In this document: piece after piece, positions 12,757 through 26,030 of the stretch | How positions within the stretch are numbered: the first letter of the stretch is position 1 | How the letters are laid out: each line of letters starts with the position of its first letter | NCBI RefSeq assembly: GCF_006345805.1 | Contig: NC_042998.1 | Coordinates: 93,310,001 to 93,374,000 of the forward strand | DNA: 64,000 nt | DNA from: Octopus sinensis | Lineage: Eukaryota | Direction of reading: 5' to 3' | Position numbers and translations under genes: made by a program | The notes under the pieces: generated by a model | Databases searched by the model: none | Told to the model about the DNA's origin: nothing | Seen by the model: the letters and a program-made list of their open reading frames with translations, nothing else

Positions 12757-13590
12757 CTAGTAAAACAAAAGAAGGAAAATATTATGAAGTAGGATGAATC
12801 AGATTATTTTGTATGGTATACACATGTAGAGAAAATGTTTAATTCAAACATGTGTCTTCATTAATTATTTATTTTATTAATTTATTTTGAAATTGTTGAA
12901 CAAAGTATCATTTGGTACATGTGTTTTTTGTTTTTAATGAGTCTATCACTAGTTCACTGTATTTCTGACAGTGAGAGTGATAAGGGAGTGTTTGTAACTC
13001 GATGCTGGACAAAAATTGTAAGGAACATCATTCAAAAATATGTAATTTTTTTTGTTTTTTTCAGCAATGTTTACAGACACAGCAAAAAGAATAAAAAACG
13101 GTCATAATAATAATGCACAACCATCCATCCATCCATCCATCCATCCATTTGTCTCTTTGTCTGTCCATCCATCCATCAACCTATGGTTAAGAAGCTTGAT
13201 TCCAAACTATGTGGTTTTGGATTCAATCACAGTCCCATTGCACAGCATCTTGGCCAAGTGTTTTCTATGACAATATATTCTGGTTAACAAAACCCTTGCA
13301 AGTGGACTTGGTAGATGGCGTCCAAAAGAAACCTGTTATATTTGTATGTATGTAGCATGTATGTATGTATGTATGTACATACGTAAGTACATATGTATGA
13401 CGTATGCATGTAAGTGTTTGTATCTAGTCATCACTTGAAGGTTGCAACTGAGTGTCATCTTCATATAAGTGAATTTGTTGTTTCCCCAGAGATATAAGAA
13501 AAATGCTTTTCACATAACAACATCATTGTTTGAAAACTGTTTCCACTTATTCTTCATAGAAAGTAACAAAAATATTAGAAGAACACTTAC

Positions 13591-13779
13591 TTTTATCAGC
13601 ATAAGGAATATATACACATTTGCCATCGTCTCCACGAAAGCGCCATCCGTGAAATGGACATTCAATACAATTGCCAAGAACTCTTCCTCCTACAGCCAAG
13701 TGAGCTCCAAGATGTGGACAGTAAGCATTCAAAGCATGAGCATTCCCTTTTTCATCACGAAATAAAGCCAGGTTTAAAC
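13591..13779 (-). CDS. nvd: Cholesterol 7-desaturase (neverland/DAF-36) internal exon, Rieske [2Fe-2S] domain
   Basis: Translates (G)[62 protein letters not shown], containing C-x-H-x17-C-x2-H. Acceptor tttctgtag and donor gtaagt; 189 nt, phase 1/1. Confidence 0.93.
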
Positions 13780-15214
13780 CTACAGAAACAAAAAAAATTA
13801 TTTTGTATTAAGAAGTAAAATTATTGCATTTCTGACTGGCTGAGAGAAAAATAGTAGTCATTTGTATCTACAGAATGTTTCTAAGATGATGGAAACTTCA
13901 TATTCCATTTAAATTTATGTGTTAAACCTCTTATTATACTTCTGTTGGAATACAGCACCTTTGTTAATTAATTTTGAAAATAATGAGTAATTTAGTAAAA
14001 TAATTTTGTCGTTGTTTAAGTTTATGCATGGAAAAAATTAACATGAAATTTTAATGGAAGATTTTTATTTTGGATCGCATTAAAATTATGATGATAAGAA
14101 TGAAACAAAAATGTTATGATTCCATTAGATGTAATCTTTTCAATTTTGTGTTATTGTCTTGAAAGTAGTTGCATAGCATGGGTAGAACTGCAGGGCTTGT
14201 CAGCCTAGGGGCAAAATTCTTAGGAGCACAAAATTTCAAAAGAAAAATGTGAAATCATCATCCTCATTTAATGCCTGTATTCCATGCTAGCATGCGTTAC
14301 ATGGTTTGTCAGGATCCAACATCTGTTTTGGCATGGTTTCTACAGCTGGATGCCCTTCCAAACACCACCCCAAAGTGGTAAAGATAAATAAAATGTCGTA
14401 ATATAAGTGCAGGCGTAGCTTTGTGATAAGAAGTCTGCTTTCCAATCACATGGTTTTGTGTTCAGCCCCACTGCATGGCACCTTGGGCAAGTGTTTTCTT
14501 CTATAGCCTTGGAATAACCAAAAGTCTTGTGAGTGAATTTGGTTGTCAGAAATTGAAAAGAAGCCTATCATATATAAATATGTATACATGTGTGTGTGTG
14601 TGTGTTACTAGTGGTTGTTAGCAACAAGAAAGGCATCCAATCATAGAAAAATCCACCTAAGCAAGTTCTGTCTAACTCATGCCAGCATGAACAAGTGGAC
14701 GTTAAAGCAGTAATGATGATGTGTAATAATATATAGTAACAATAAGTAATTACTGCAGAAGTAACAATAGTAATAATAACAATAGGAAATACTTGCCTTG
14801 CTCTGGGCAATAACGGCAAAGAATTAATGTTTTGGATGATAAATGTTTATGTGGAGAAAGTTTGATAATTTGCTTGGAATTGTCTTCGTTTGGTTTGTAA
14901 AGAGGACAACATGTGAAATGGATATTTTAAGTTGATTATTTATTATCCATTACAGTGTAATTAACTTTAATAAACATTAATTAGGCTTCTATTGTTCAAA
15001 GTCATTAAGACTAGTGGAATTTTTTAAAATAAATCTCTGATAATTTTGAGTATTATAACAGCAATCCATACTGCATTTATGGGGGACGAGGTGGAGCAAA
15101 TCATAAAACAATTTTTAATGAATAACAGAAGGAAAAAGAGAAAGAAAACATGGATAGTGAAAGTATTATGAAAATGATCTTTAATTTTTACCAGAGAGAG
15201 GAGAGAGAGGAAGG

Positions 15215-15245
<31 letters not shown>

Positions 15246-16257
15246 CAAGGGAAACAAAACATGAACAAAAGGGAGAGAGAACTAGTGCTATGTCTAACAT
15301 AATAAATATTCTCATTGTTTTAATCTTTTCTACAGAATCCAGCCTTGCCTACCACTACCACTGATTCTGTAATTAATTTTCTTATTAGACTGTAGTTTCT
15401 CACACTACTGTGTATCAATAAAAGGTTTTGAAGTTAGCATGTCAAAAAGCTAATGGCCAGAGAATAGGCAAAAGGATTTATTTTGATTTTATTGTCAGTG
15501 TGGCAGGCCTGAGAGGAATTAATTTTCACGTGTATCATTTTACCATCATGGTTGTTTATAGTACTTTCACCCCAGGTCAGCAGGAATGAAAATAAACTAT
15601 GAGATTTATTAATTGACACTGTGAAAAGTTTCAAAAGTGCATGTGCGCATGCTCACACTTGCTCTCACTGCCCCCACCTCTCTCTTAATCATAGACTCAC
15701 TGAAATATTTAGAAATATATAAGTATGAATGGTTAGATAAGTGGAGGCCCATGGCTTAGGGGTTAGAGCAGTGGACTCATGATCGAGAAATCATGGGTTG
15801 AATATCAGACCAGGTGATGTGTGTTTATGAGTAAAACACCTAAACTCCATGGGGCTCTGGTAGAAGGTAATGGCGAACTTCTGCTGAAGGCAAAGACACA
15901 CAAACAAACTCACACACTATATATATATCATTACAGATATAGGGTAAAGAATTATTAATTTGATAATTAATAAATTTTACCAAGTAGTTTCGGTATGGAA
16001 AAAAACTTGTACAAAAAGTTTTTTTTATATAATTATAAATATAATTACATTTAATTATATATATATTCTTTTCTACTCTAAGCACAAGGCCTGAAATTTT
16101 GGAGGAGGGAGCCAGTTGATTCGATTGATCCCGGTACGCTACTGGTACTTAATTTATTGATCCCCGAAAGGATGAAAGGCAAAAATCGACCTCGGCGGAA
16201 TTTGAACTCAAAACGTAAATACAGATGAAATATATACATATATATATATATATATAT

Positions 16258-16565
16258 ACATCACCATGATCACCGTGACCAACCAGGCTATCAGATGTTG
16301 CTACACAAGGCTGGTCACAATGCGCTTTGTTTTAGCCTTCAAATGATGACACCCTGCTGGTTAAGTGAGCAGGCCTACAGAAGAAAGAGTGAGAGAAAGT
16401 TGTGGCGAAAGAGTACAGCAGGGATCGCCATCACCCCTTGCCGGAGCCTCTTAGAGCTTTAGGTGCTTTCATTCAATAAACACTTACAATGCCCGGTCTG
16501 GGAATCAAAACTGCAATCCTACGACCACGAGTCCACTGCCCTAACCACTGGGCTATTGCACCTCC
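16258..16565 (-). mobile_element. tRNA-derived SINE family D
   Basis: Minus-strand head ggaggtgcaatagcccagtggttagggcagtggactcgtggtcgtagg...ttgattccc, tail ...acatctgatagcctggttggtcacggtgatcatggtgatg. A partial + copy lies at about 15743-15905. Confidence 0.82.
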
Positions 16566-17377
16566 ACATATCTATATCTATATATATATATATATATTAT
16601 TTATGTAAAGGTCACAATACATGTACTAAAGTACTACTAATAGTTTCACATGTTGGGAGAACTCAAACATATTCTTCAGTCACAAACCACATATCATAAC
16701 TCACATATATACATAAGCAGTCTTGTCACCCTCCTGTAGTATTTAAAAATCTGATAGCTAATATTAATAACAAGGCCCTAACCAATAGTTGCTTCAAAGA
16801 TAGATTAATATATAATCTCTCTAATAATAAAAATATTAATAATAGATCTAGTGGCATCGAAGATAAAGTAGTACTTAGATACTCTCATATTAATCAGCAT
16901 AAGAAACCTAAAATTAGGCCAAGGAAAATTATTTAGTTCACCCCTCTCTTTTCCCTTAATGTAAAAACTAACATTGGTAAAAGATTCCTGTCACTCCTAG
17001 ACAAACACTTTCCAGCCACTTACTGATACAGGAAAATATTTAATAGGCGTTCTGTGAAATTATCATATAGCTGCTGCCCCAGAATGAAGAGTATCACTAC
17101 ACATAGTCAACACCAAGAACTTGAAACCAGCTGCAATTGTTGTGACACAGGATCCTGTCCACTTAACTAATGATGCACGATTAAATCTATCATATATGAA
17201 GCAGAAGTTATTACAACCCAAAATGATAATACAACTGATAAGAAGATCTGTACTGGATTATGCGAAGGAGAATTTAAAAATCACATAGCCCCATATATAC
17301 ATGCATATATATATATATATATATATATATGTAAAAGAATACAAACTGGGACAAGAACGCAAAACATTTAGAAGACG

Positions 17378-17410
<33 letters not shown>

Positions 17411-17772
17411 ATATATATATAAGGTTATAAGGTGCAGGTATGGCTGTGTGGTAAGAAGCTTGCTTCCCAACCACATTGTTTCAGGTTCAGTCCCTCTGTA
17501 TTGCATGGGAGGACAGAATAATAAGTAGAAAGATATACATGTGTGGGAGTGGGGGGGGATTTGTGCCTGTGTTTGTCAACGAGTGCTGGTGTTTTTATGT
17601 TCCTGTAACTTAGCAGTTTGGCAAAACAGACCAATAGAATAAGTACCAGGCTCTTTGAAAAATGAAAATAAGTATTGGAGGTTGATACATTTGACTTAAC
17701 ATTCTTCAAGGCAGAGCCCCAACATGGCTGCAGTCAGATGACTGAAACAAGTAAAAGAATAAAAGAATACAG

Positions 17773-17866
<94 letters not shown>

Positions 17867-18919
17867 TGATATATAGATGTATATTATGGAGATGTACTTG
17901 TATAGCAAGTGACCTGATCTGAGATCGTGGGCTGGAACGAAAACAATTGCAGCGTGGAAGGTGTTTATAAGCCATTTCAGAACCACAAAAACTGTTAGAT
18001 TCACATTAACATTTAAATTTAATTTGCCAAAATATTTTCATCGCTTTGAGACAAAATTCCGTGCTGCATCTGAGAAAGTAACAGTTTTATATATATATAT
18101 TATCTCAGAAATTTTCTCCATGACAAAATACAGTGACCAACTTACCAAATATGCCTGAAGTATATTTAAACTAGTAAGAAGTTTCCTTCCACCAAATCCA
18201 TTAATAAGGTTTTGATTCGTCTGGGGCAATAGTAAGAAGACAATTGCCCAAGGTGCCATGCTGTGGAACTGAACTCAAAACTATGTGGCTGGAAAGCTAA
18301 CTTAACCACACATCCACACTTGTACCTATCTACCTTTAAAATGTACAAAAATTATATATAAAATAAAAGAGAGGGTATGTCAAATCAGCGTGAAGGTATC
18401 TAGCCTAGCATAACACTATATAAGTATATATCTCACACAACAAAACATTTACTTCGTTCCAGAATGTACAATGTGGTGTGAGGTCAGACTGAAATGTAAC
18501 ATAACGACTAATATGCTGCTGAAAGAGAAGGCCTCTCACAAACATTTGATTGCCTAACTCAAAATCATCAACAAGAAGACTGAACTAACTAGACTAAGTT
18601 ACTTTGTTTATTGTATCTGTGCCATTTTAACTAATAAATCCTCCACCATCATGCATAAATTAATTTATCTTGAGAAATTCCGTAGGGTTCTATAGAAAAA
18701 AATATATGCGAGTAAGGCCAAGTTGGTGGACTTTCAGCAGTAGTCTGTAACATTTTAATGCTTGTTATGACATCTCAGTCATCAACTAAACACTGTGACA
18801 ACTTCGGATTGTTTAGTCTCAGTAGACTTTCCAAACTAATACTACTTTGGGTAGATTTTTTGCACACCACAAATGACGTACAAAAGGTCTTATATACAAT
18901 GCCTACACTACACATTTAT

Positions 18920-18933
18920 AATATACATATACA

Positions 18934-18974
<41 letters not shown>

Positions 18975-18990
18975 TATATGCAAGTATGTG

Positions 18991-19028
<38 letters not shown>

Positions 19029-19030
19029 TG

Positions 19031-19102
<72 letters not shown>

Positions 19103-19158
19103 AGATAGATAGATAGATAGATAGAAATATACAAGTATGTATATATGCATGTATATAT

Positions 19159-19192
<34 letters not shown>

Positions 19193-19203
19193 ATATATAT
19201 ATA

Positions 19204-19250
<47 letters not shown>
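18920..19250. repeat. Compound (TA)n/(TAGA)n microsatellite
   Basis: Read directly. Similar tracts lie at about 5400-5480, 17770-17870, 27066-27245 ((TATG)n), 30260-30390, 42840-43315 and 44380-44480. Confidence 0.95.
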
Positions 19251-19252
<2 letters not shown>

Positions 19253-19544
19253 AGCCATGTCTTTCTGTTTGAACTTTTTGAAAATCAGTGTAAACTGTGA
19301 AACCAGTTAAAGCCTCAAATATTTTCACTATTCTCAGTGCATTTTCAACTTATATTTTTCCTATATATATATATGTATATATATATATTGACACCACACA
19401 CATATATACATGCACATGCAAACACACACACAAACACACACATGCACACACACACACACACACACATACACACACACACATGTGTGTGTGTGTGTGTGTC
19501 TATATATATGAATGAATACATACATATATATGTATGTGTGTTGT

Positions 19545-19862
19545 GAGGGCGCGTGGCTTAGTGGTTAGGGCATTCGGCTCATGATCGTAAGGTTGTGAGT
19601 TCGATTCCCGGCGACGCGTTGTGTCCTTGAGCAAGACACTTTATTTCACGTTGCTCCAGTCCACTCAGCTGGCAAAAATGAGTTGTACTTGTATTTCAAA
19701 GGGTCAGCCTTGTCACTCTCTGTGTCACGCTGATTATCCCCGAGAACTACGTTAAGGGTACACGTGTCTGTGGAATGATCAGCCATTTGCACGTTAATTT
19801 CACGAGCAAGCTGTTCCGTTGATCGTATCAGCTGGGACCCTCGTCGTCGTAACCGGCGGAGT
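19545..19862 (+). mobile_element. tRNA-derived SINE family C (well-preserved copy)
   Basis: Pol III A box tggcttagtgg (19554) and B box gttcgattcc (19599), followed by the core ttgtgtccttgagcaagacactttatttcacgttgctccagtccactcagctgg. Related copies lie at about 11088, 29457 and 46825 (+), and 8290, 45255 and 53765 (-). Confidence 0.88.
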
Positions 19863-20160
19863 CTTTTTTTTTAATATATGTATGTGTGTATGTGTGTACA
19901 TACATATATGTAAATATTGGTGCAGATATGGGAGGTGCAAGCATGGGTGTATGAGAGGCTTTTGGTTTCAGCTCCATTTTGGACAAGTTTTCTATTGTAG
20001 CCTGAGGCTGACTAATAGCAATACCTTGATGCCTTGTGAACGAATATGTGAGAAGGAAATTTTGTAAATCTCTTAGAGACTGTTAGAATGATATGGACGC
20101 TTCTGATGAGAACCCAGTAAGGTTAAAAAAATCGATTAAGGTTGTTTATCATTTTTTTAT

Positions 20161-20594
20161 AGGCATAGAAGTGGATGTGTAGTAAGTAGCTTGCTTATGA
20201 ACCACATGGTTCTGGGTTCTGTCCCACTGTGTGGTACCTTGGGCAAGTGTCTTCTGCTATAGCCTCAGGCCAACCAAAGCCTTGTGAGTGGATTTGGTAG
20301 ACAGAACCTGAAAGAAGCCCGTCGTATATATGTATATATATATATATATATATGTGTGTGTATGTGTGCGTGTGTGTGTGCGTGTATGTTTGTGTGTCTG
20401 TGTTTGTCCCCACAACATCACTTGACAACCGATGCTGGTGTGTTGACATCCCCATAACTTAGCGGTCCAGCAAAAGAGACTGATAGAATAAGTACTAGGC
20501 TTACAAAGAATAAGTCCTGGGGTTGATTTGCTTGACTAAAGGCGGTGCTCCAGCTGGCCACAGTCAAATGACTGAAACAAGTAAGAGTAAAAGA
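20161..20594 (+). mobile_element. tRNA-derived SINE family A (with internal AC/AT microsatellite)
   Basis: Head ...gtgtagtaagtagcttgc...gggttctgtccc, body gccttgtgagtggatttggtagac, microsatellite, then tail ggcggtgctccagc..gtcaaatgactgaaacaagtaa. Other copies lie at about 2235-2636 (-), 4830-5226 (-), 21845-22200 (-), 31310-31690 (-), 55390-56150 (-, interrupted), 17430-17770 (+), 47575-47730 (+) and 62960-63120 (-). Confidence 0.85.
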
Positions 20595-21031
20595 GTATAT
20601 GTGTGAGACATGATGACTTCATATTAAGATAAACAGCCTGTGACCTTGCAGGTGGGGGCCTAGTTAGAATTTTCTTTGGGTCGAGTAGCCCATTCTGCTC
20701 AAAGGGTCTTGAATAAGGGTTGTTTAAGGATGTTGAATGAAACACTCATGTTTCCAGAGGTGAATTATTTAAGCCCCGAAGAATTCTTCTCAACACATGA
20801 CTCTGATATTCCCCCATTATTTCTACTCATGATCAGAGATGCATATATCATCAGCTACCATGGGACATGTTCAAATGGTTAAGGCCAAGCAACTGACCAG
20901 CAGATCTGTGATATTGAGAACAATATTTGCTGTAAACCATCTTTTATACCAAGACAAAACATACGTGATAACACTTCCAATCAGTTAAGATCAAAAGCCA
21001 TGAGAGCCACTGCCTGGTATTGCACTGGGGC

Positions 21032-21065
<34 letters not shown>

Positions 21066-21166
21066 GATGTCACACAGTATACAATATCTTGAGGTTGTTG
21101 ATTGAAGATATTGTGTCTACCGTGGGTTTGGACTGTTTGTCAAGTCACAACATTGTCATTATTTAG

Positions 21167-21499
<333 letters not shown>

Positions 21500-24400
21500 C
21501 TCTAAGGTGGCAAGCTGGCAGAGTCATTAGCACACTGTGCAAAATGCTTAGAAGCTTTTCGTGCAACTTTATGTTCTAAGCTCAAATTCTGTCAATGTGG
21601 GTTTTGCTTTCACACTTTAAGGGTCAATAAAATAAGTTACTATTTGAGCACTGGGTTCAATGTAATTGACTGTATTCACCCCGTCTCTGGCCTTTTGCTT
21701 ATAGTAGAAATAATATTATTAAACTGGTGAGTTGGCAAAATTATTAGTGCATCATTTAAAATACTTAACAGCATTTCTTCCTGCTCATTATATTCAGAGT
21801 TCAAATTCTGCTCAGGTGACTTTTTTTTCTTTTTTCTTAATTACTTGTTTCAGTCATTTGACTGCAGCCATGCTGAAGCACTGCCTTAAAGGGCGCTAGT
21901 CAAAGAAATCGCCCCCAGGACTTATTCTTCGTAAGCCTAGTACTTATTCTATCGGTCTCTTTTGCGAAACTGCTAAGTTATGGGGACATAAACACACCAG
22001 CATCGGTTGTCAAGCGATGGTGGCAGGGACAAACACACATACACACAAATATATATATATATATGATGGGCTTCTTCCAGTTTCCATCTACCAAATCCAT
22101 CACAAGGCTTTGATTGGCCCAAGGCTATAGTAAAAGACACTTTCTGAAGGTACCACGCAGTGGCACTGAACCCGGAGCCATGTGGTTGGGAAGCAAGCTT
22201 CTTAGACATAAATTATATCAATTGCAGACACATATCATATAATTTATAAGTCAGACATATAGAACTTTCATGGATAATATGTAATAAAAATGCTGAATAT
22301 TTAAGGTGGCAAGGATGTTGACGTGATCTGTTAGAGTTAATATTATATATACATTTAATATGTCAACAAAATTATTTCTTTTACAAATTTCCTAGAATTA
22401 TATCAGGAACAAGCACAACGCATAAGTACTGAAGTGTATATTTCCTGTACATTAGTCAATGTGATAAAGTAAGTTAATGTTATTGAATGTGATAAGATAT
22501 TTTGTAGTTAACATGGCATTTTATGATAAAAGAAAAGAATCCTCCTTTTATTGGGATTGGGAATGAGCCACTTCATTGAAGTAGAATTATGGGATGGACA
22601 GTTGAATGAACTTCACAGAGAAAATTAGGGAAATAATATTTTGAAACAATGATAAAACTATATTTGGGTCAGTTGATACATTAATTAAACATTATAACAG
22701 TCAAACAATAAGTTACTATGAAATAAATTAAAAAAAACCCTTATTGTTGATAGTTATCCTGCTAAGGTTATATGAGCTAGTGTGAGCTTCATTTAACCCT
22801 TTTACTACAGAAATCAGATATATCTGCTCAAAATTTTAATTACTCTTAACTGCTAAAAGCAGTTTAATATACTAGTCTATCTTCTGTTGAGGAATATCAT
22901 CTTTGAATGTACTTTCTGTTGAAATATGTGAAGCTTATTGCGGCAAAATAACTTGCAGAAAATGCCACTTCTATTTTTTGGGTTGATATTTAACATCATT
23001 ATTGAAATAAACATAGAATTTAATTAAGCAAATAAAGGGTTGAATAACTTCCACAAAGCAATAAACAAGACCTGATTAATGATTCACTTTCAGCAGTTAC
23101 TAGGTTTAGTAAAAATGTGTAAATCAGAATGTGTAAGTTAAAAAAGACAAGGTAGAAAGAAAAGTTAACAAAGAAAACATTTCACTATATGTCTATTCAC
23201 ATAGAGATAAAATTGCTGTTGCTGCTGCTATTGCTGGGCTGTTACAGACCTGTTGCTACACAGTTGCTTTTACAATTATTGCTAGCCAATGGATATATCA
23301 ATCTGTCTCTAAATTGTTATCAATATGGTTTTATTCTAATGTATTCTTAAAATTATGACTTGCTTTTGACTCCAAGTTGTAATCATTTCACTTCATTTAC
23401 ATTGCAAAAGCAGTTTTGTGCTATATACACAACAGTTTTGGTTGCATCCTCTGCAATGTCTGTTTTCCATGCTGTCATGGGTTTAGGTAAGAATTTATTT
23501 GCAGTAAGATTTTATGACTGGATGCTCTTCTTTTCACTAGGATTGCTTTATTCTATTGATCTCTAAAAGAATAGAGGAAACACTTATAAAATCAACATCG
23601 CATTTAAACACCAGTGAAAGTATCTCATGATCTTCATGGGCAATGGCCTTTGTAGGCTATGATTTTTGTAGGCCATGATCTTTGTTGGCCAACCCAGGCT
23701 GGGAAGACTGATAAGATTGATGTTCAATTTGAACATCTGTAGAGAAATTACAGGCAAGATGGGAATTAAAGGTCTGTTCGGAACACTTACAATCGAATAA
23801 ATCCATTAAATGCATGCAACAATCTTCACACCTCACTTGATTACAGGGAGCAGAAAGCTGCTACCAATTAAAGTAATAATTTCATGACAGTATTTAATCA
23901 ATATCATTAGTAAAGTTCAAGTTTAAGAGGGTGGGGTTCTAGAAGCAGTATTATTGAAGATAGAACACAACCTAACAATTAATATTGGGTTATTATCAGA
24001 AAATACAAATGTGATACATAGAGCATTTGGAGTTTAAATTGTTATAAATATTAATCAAACATGGCTAGACAGCTTTAATAATATTAAAAGATAAAAGAAG
24101 CTTGGAAAATGCTCGGTTTTATGCCATGTTTCAGAAAAAAATGTAACAATAATGTAGGGAATATAATTATAAAAGGAAGAAAAATGAAAAAACAAAAAGT
24201 AAAATGAAATAATTTCTTTAATGTAATATAAAGTATGGAAATGGTTTGTTAAAACTATGTCAGTGCTTGTTCTAAATCATGAGTAATTATTTCACATAAT
24301 TAAATAATGAACTAAAATTCAATTAGCAACCAAATCATATTTAAGACTTTAAGCTATATTTCAAATTAATTTATTGTTGTGTTTTTTTAACATTTGGCAC

Positions 24401-24516
24401 AAAAAATCCTCCATATTGAATGCAACAAGAGTATTTGGCATAAAACTGCAGAGGTATACACACACACACACATGCACGCACACACACAAATATACATGTG
24501 TGTGTGTTGGATGTAT

Positions 24517-24558
<42 letters not shown>

Positions 24559-24847
24559 GAGAATTCACAAGAAAACGAAAGACGAAGACAGGTGGTGTAG
24601 ACAACAAACAGATGTATTAGTTTAATTCTTGGGAAATGAAAATGTCTTTAACGTATCAAGCCTACAATCTTCCATAGAAAGGAAGAGAAAAATAAACAGG
24701 GAGAGAAAATAAGAATGTATAGTGGCTAGCAATCTATCATGGCGAATGCCAGACAGAGGAGTCACATAGGAGAGCTAGGAAGCAGGGGAGATAATAAAGT
24801 AGTGCTGATCCCAAGATGAAGTTGTGCTTGAGTGTGTATAAGAGAGC

Positions 24848-24908
<61 letters not shown>

Positions 24909-25309
24909 ATATCTAGAGTTCTAGGTTTCATTAGGTTGATTACCTAGTTTCTGTGGTGTATAACTGACTGAAATCATGGCACTTCCTCTTAATGAGACAC
25001 TGATCTGTTGCAGGGTTCCAGACCAGCAATATTTTAGAGGAATGGTCAAGTCAATTATATTGACCCACCTTAGTACTTGACTGGTACTTATTTTCTCAAC
25101 ACTTAAAGTAAAGTTGGCCTTGGAGTGGTCTGAGCTCAGAACATAAAGGATTGGAAGAAATGCTTCTAAATATTTTGTCCAATGGGCTAACAACATTGTT
25201 AGCTTGTAACCTCATTCATTGATCCAGCCATACAGACATACATACTGTATAAACTAAGGTACATATGTGTGTGTGTGTATGTTTTATATATATATGACAT
25301 GCACAGTCA

Positions 25310-26030
25310 AGCTAAGGATAAATTTTGGAAGAACTTTACTGTAATCTTAAAAGTATTTGGTTTTATGTTTTCCCATTTCTGACAATCTAACAACACTCAA
25401 TTTCTTGAATGTTACTCTAGATTGTAGGACAGGCAAATAATATTTCTATAGAAAACCTAACTAGAAGAACATATAAACTCAAAGGAATTCAGTTCCACCC
25501 TACTGCTCTAATTTGGAATTTTATAATCTGTATCAAAAGAATCTCTAATCTATCCTCAGATAGAAATATTTTTGATAGCACCACACCCCATTATAATGAA
25601 GCTTTATTGAGAAGTTGTTTCACTGAGAAATTAGTGTATATAGAAGATTCTCTCACCTCAAAGATAGTTAAAATGATAAAAGTTAATCTTGTTCAATATT
25701 CCATTGAACCTGAATGTCTGTTTACATTGTTTAAAAGCTTTGTATTCCTAATTAGGCAACACTCCCCAAGTCTATATAAATATCATAATCTTTTTAATGT
25801 GCGTAATTTTAAGGTGAGCTATTCATGCCTAGACAGTATCCCACATTACAATAAAAAGATATACACCATCACACCAAGCAGTCACAGTCAAATGCTGAAA
25901 TCAAACAGTGTGCCCAGTGAAACTATTCTGCTTACAACAAATAACTTCTGAGTAAAGTTTACTCGGAATATGCATATCTTCAAGTTCATGGACAGATACA
26001 TCATCACATGATCATCACATTACTCTGTTC
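25310..26030 (+). mobile_element. Degenerate Penelope-like element (RT C-terminus to GIY-YIG)
   Basis: Manual translation gives LNFLNVTLDCRTGK*YFYRKPN (cf. NFLDVTL..TG.Y.PYRKPN) and FLIRQHSP..LYKYHNLFNVRNFKVSYSCL (cf. HFP..H.L..IFNRN..KVSYSCM). A frameshifted VY.GIC...FK..RY GIY-YIG-like segment lies near 25955-26000. Confidence 0.72.

Noticed and set aside
18903-19328. Long poly-(IY)/(YI) ORFs here and at many other sites (e.g. 42699-43464, 61915-62248, 63567-63960)
   Set aside because: Translations of (TA)n/(CA)n/(TATG)n microsatellites, with no coding signal.
19545-19615. Possible tRNA gene (A and B boxes, CAT in the anticodon-like position)
   Set aside because: It runs into a SINE body present in many diverged copies and lacks a proper acceptor stem, so it is a SINE head.
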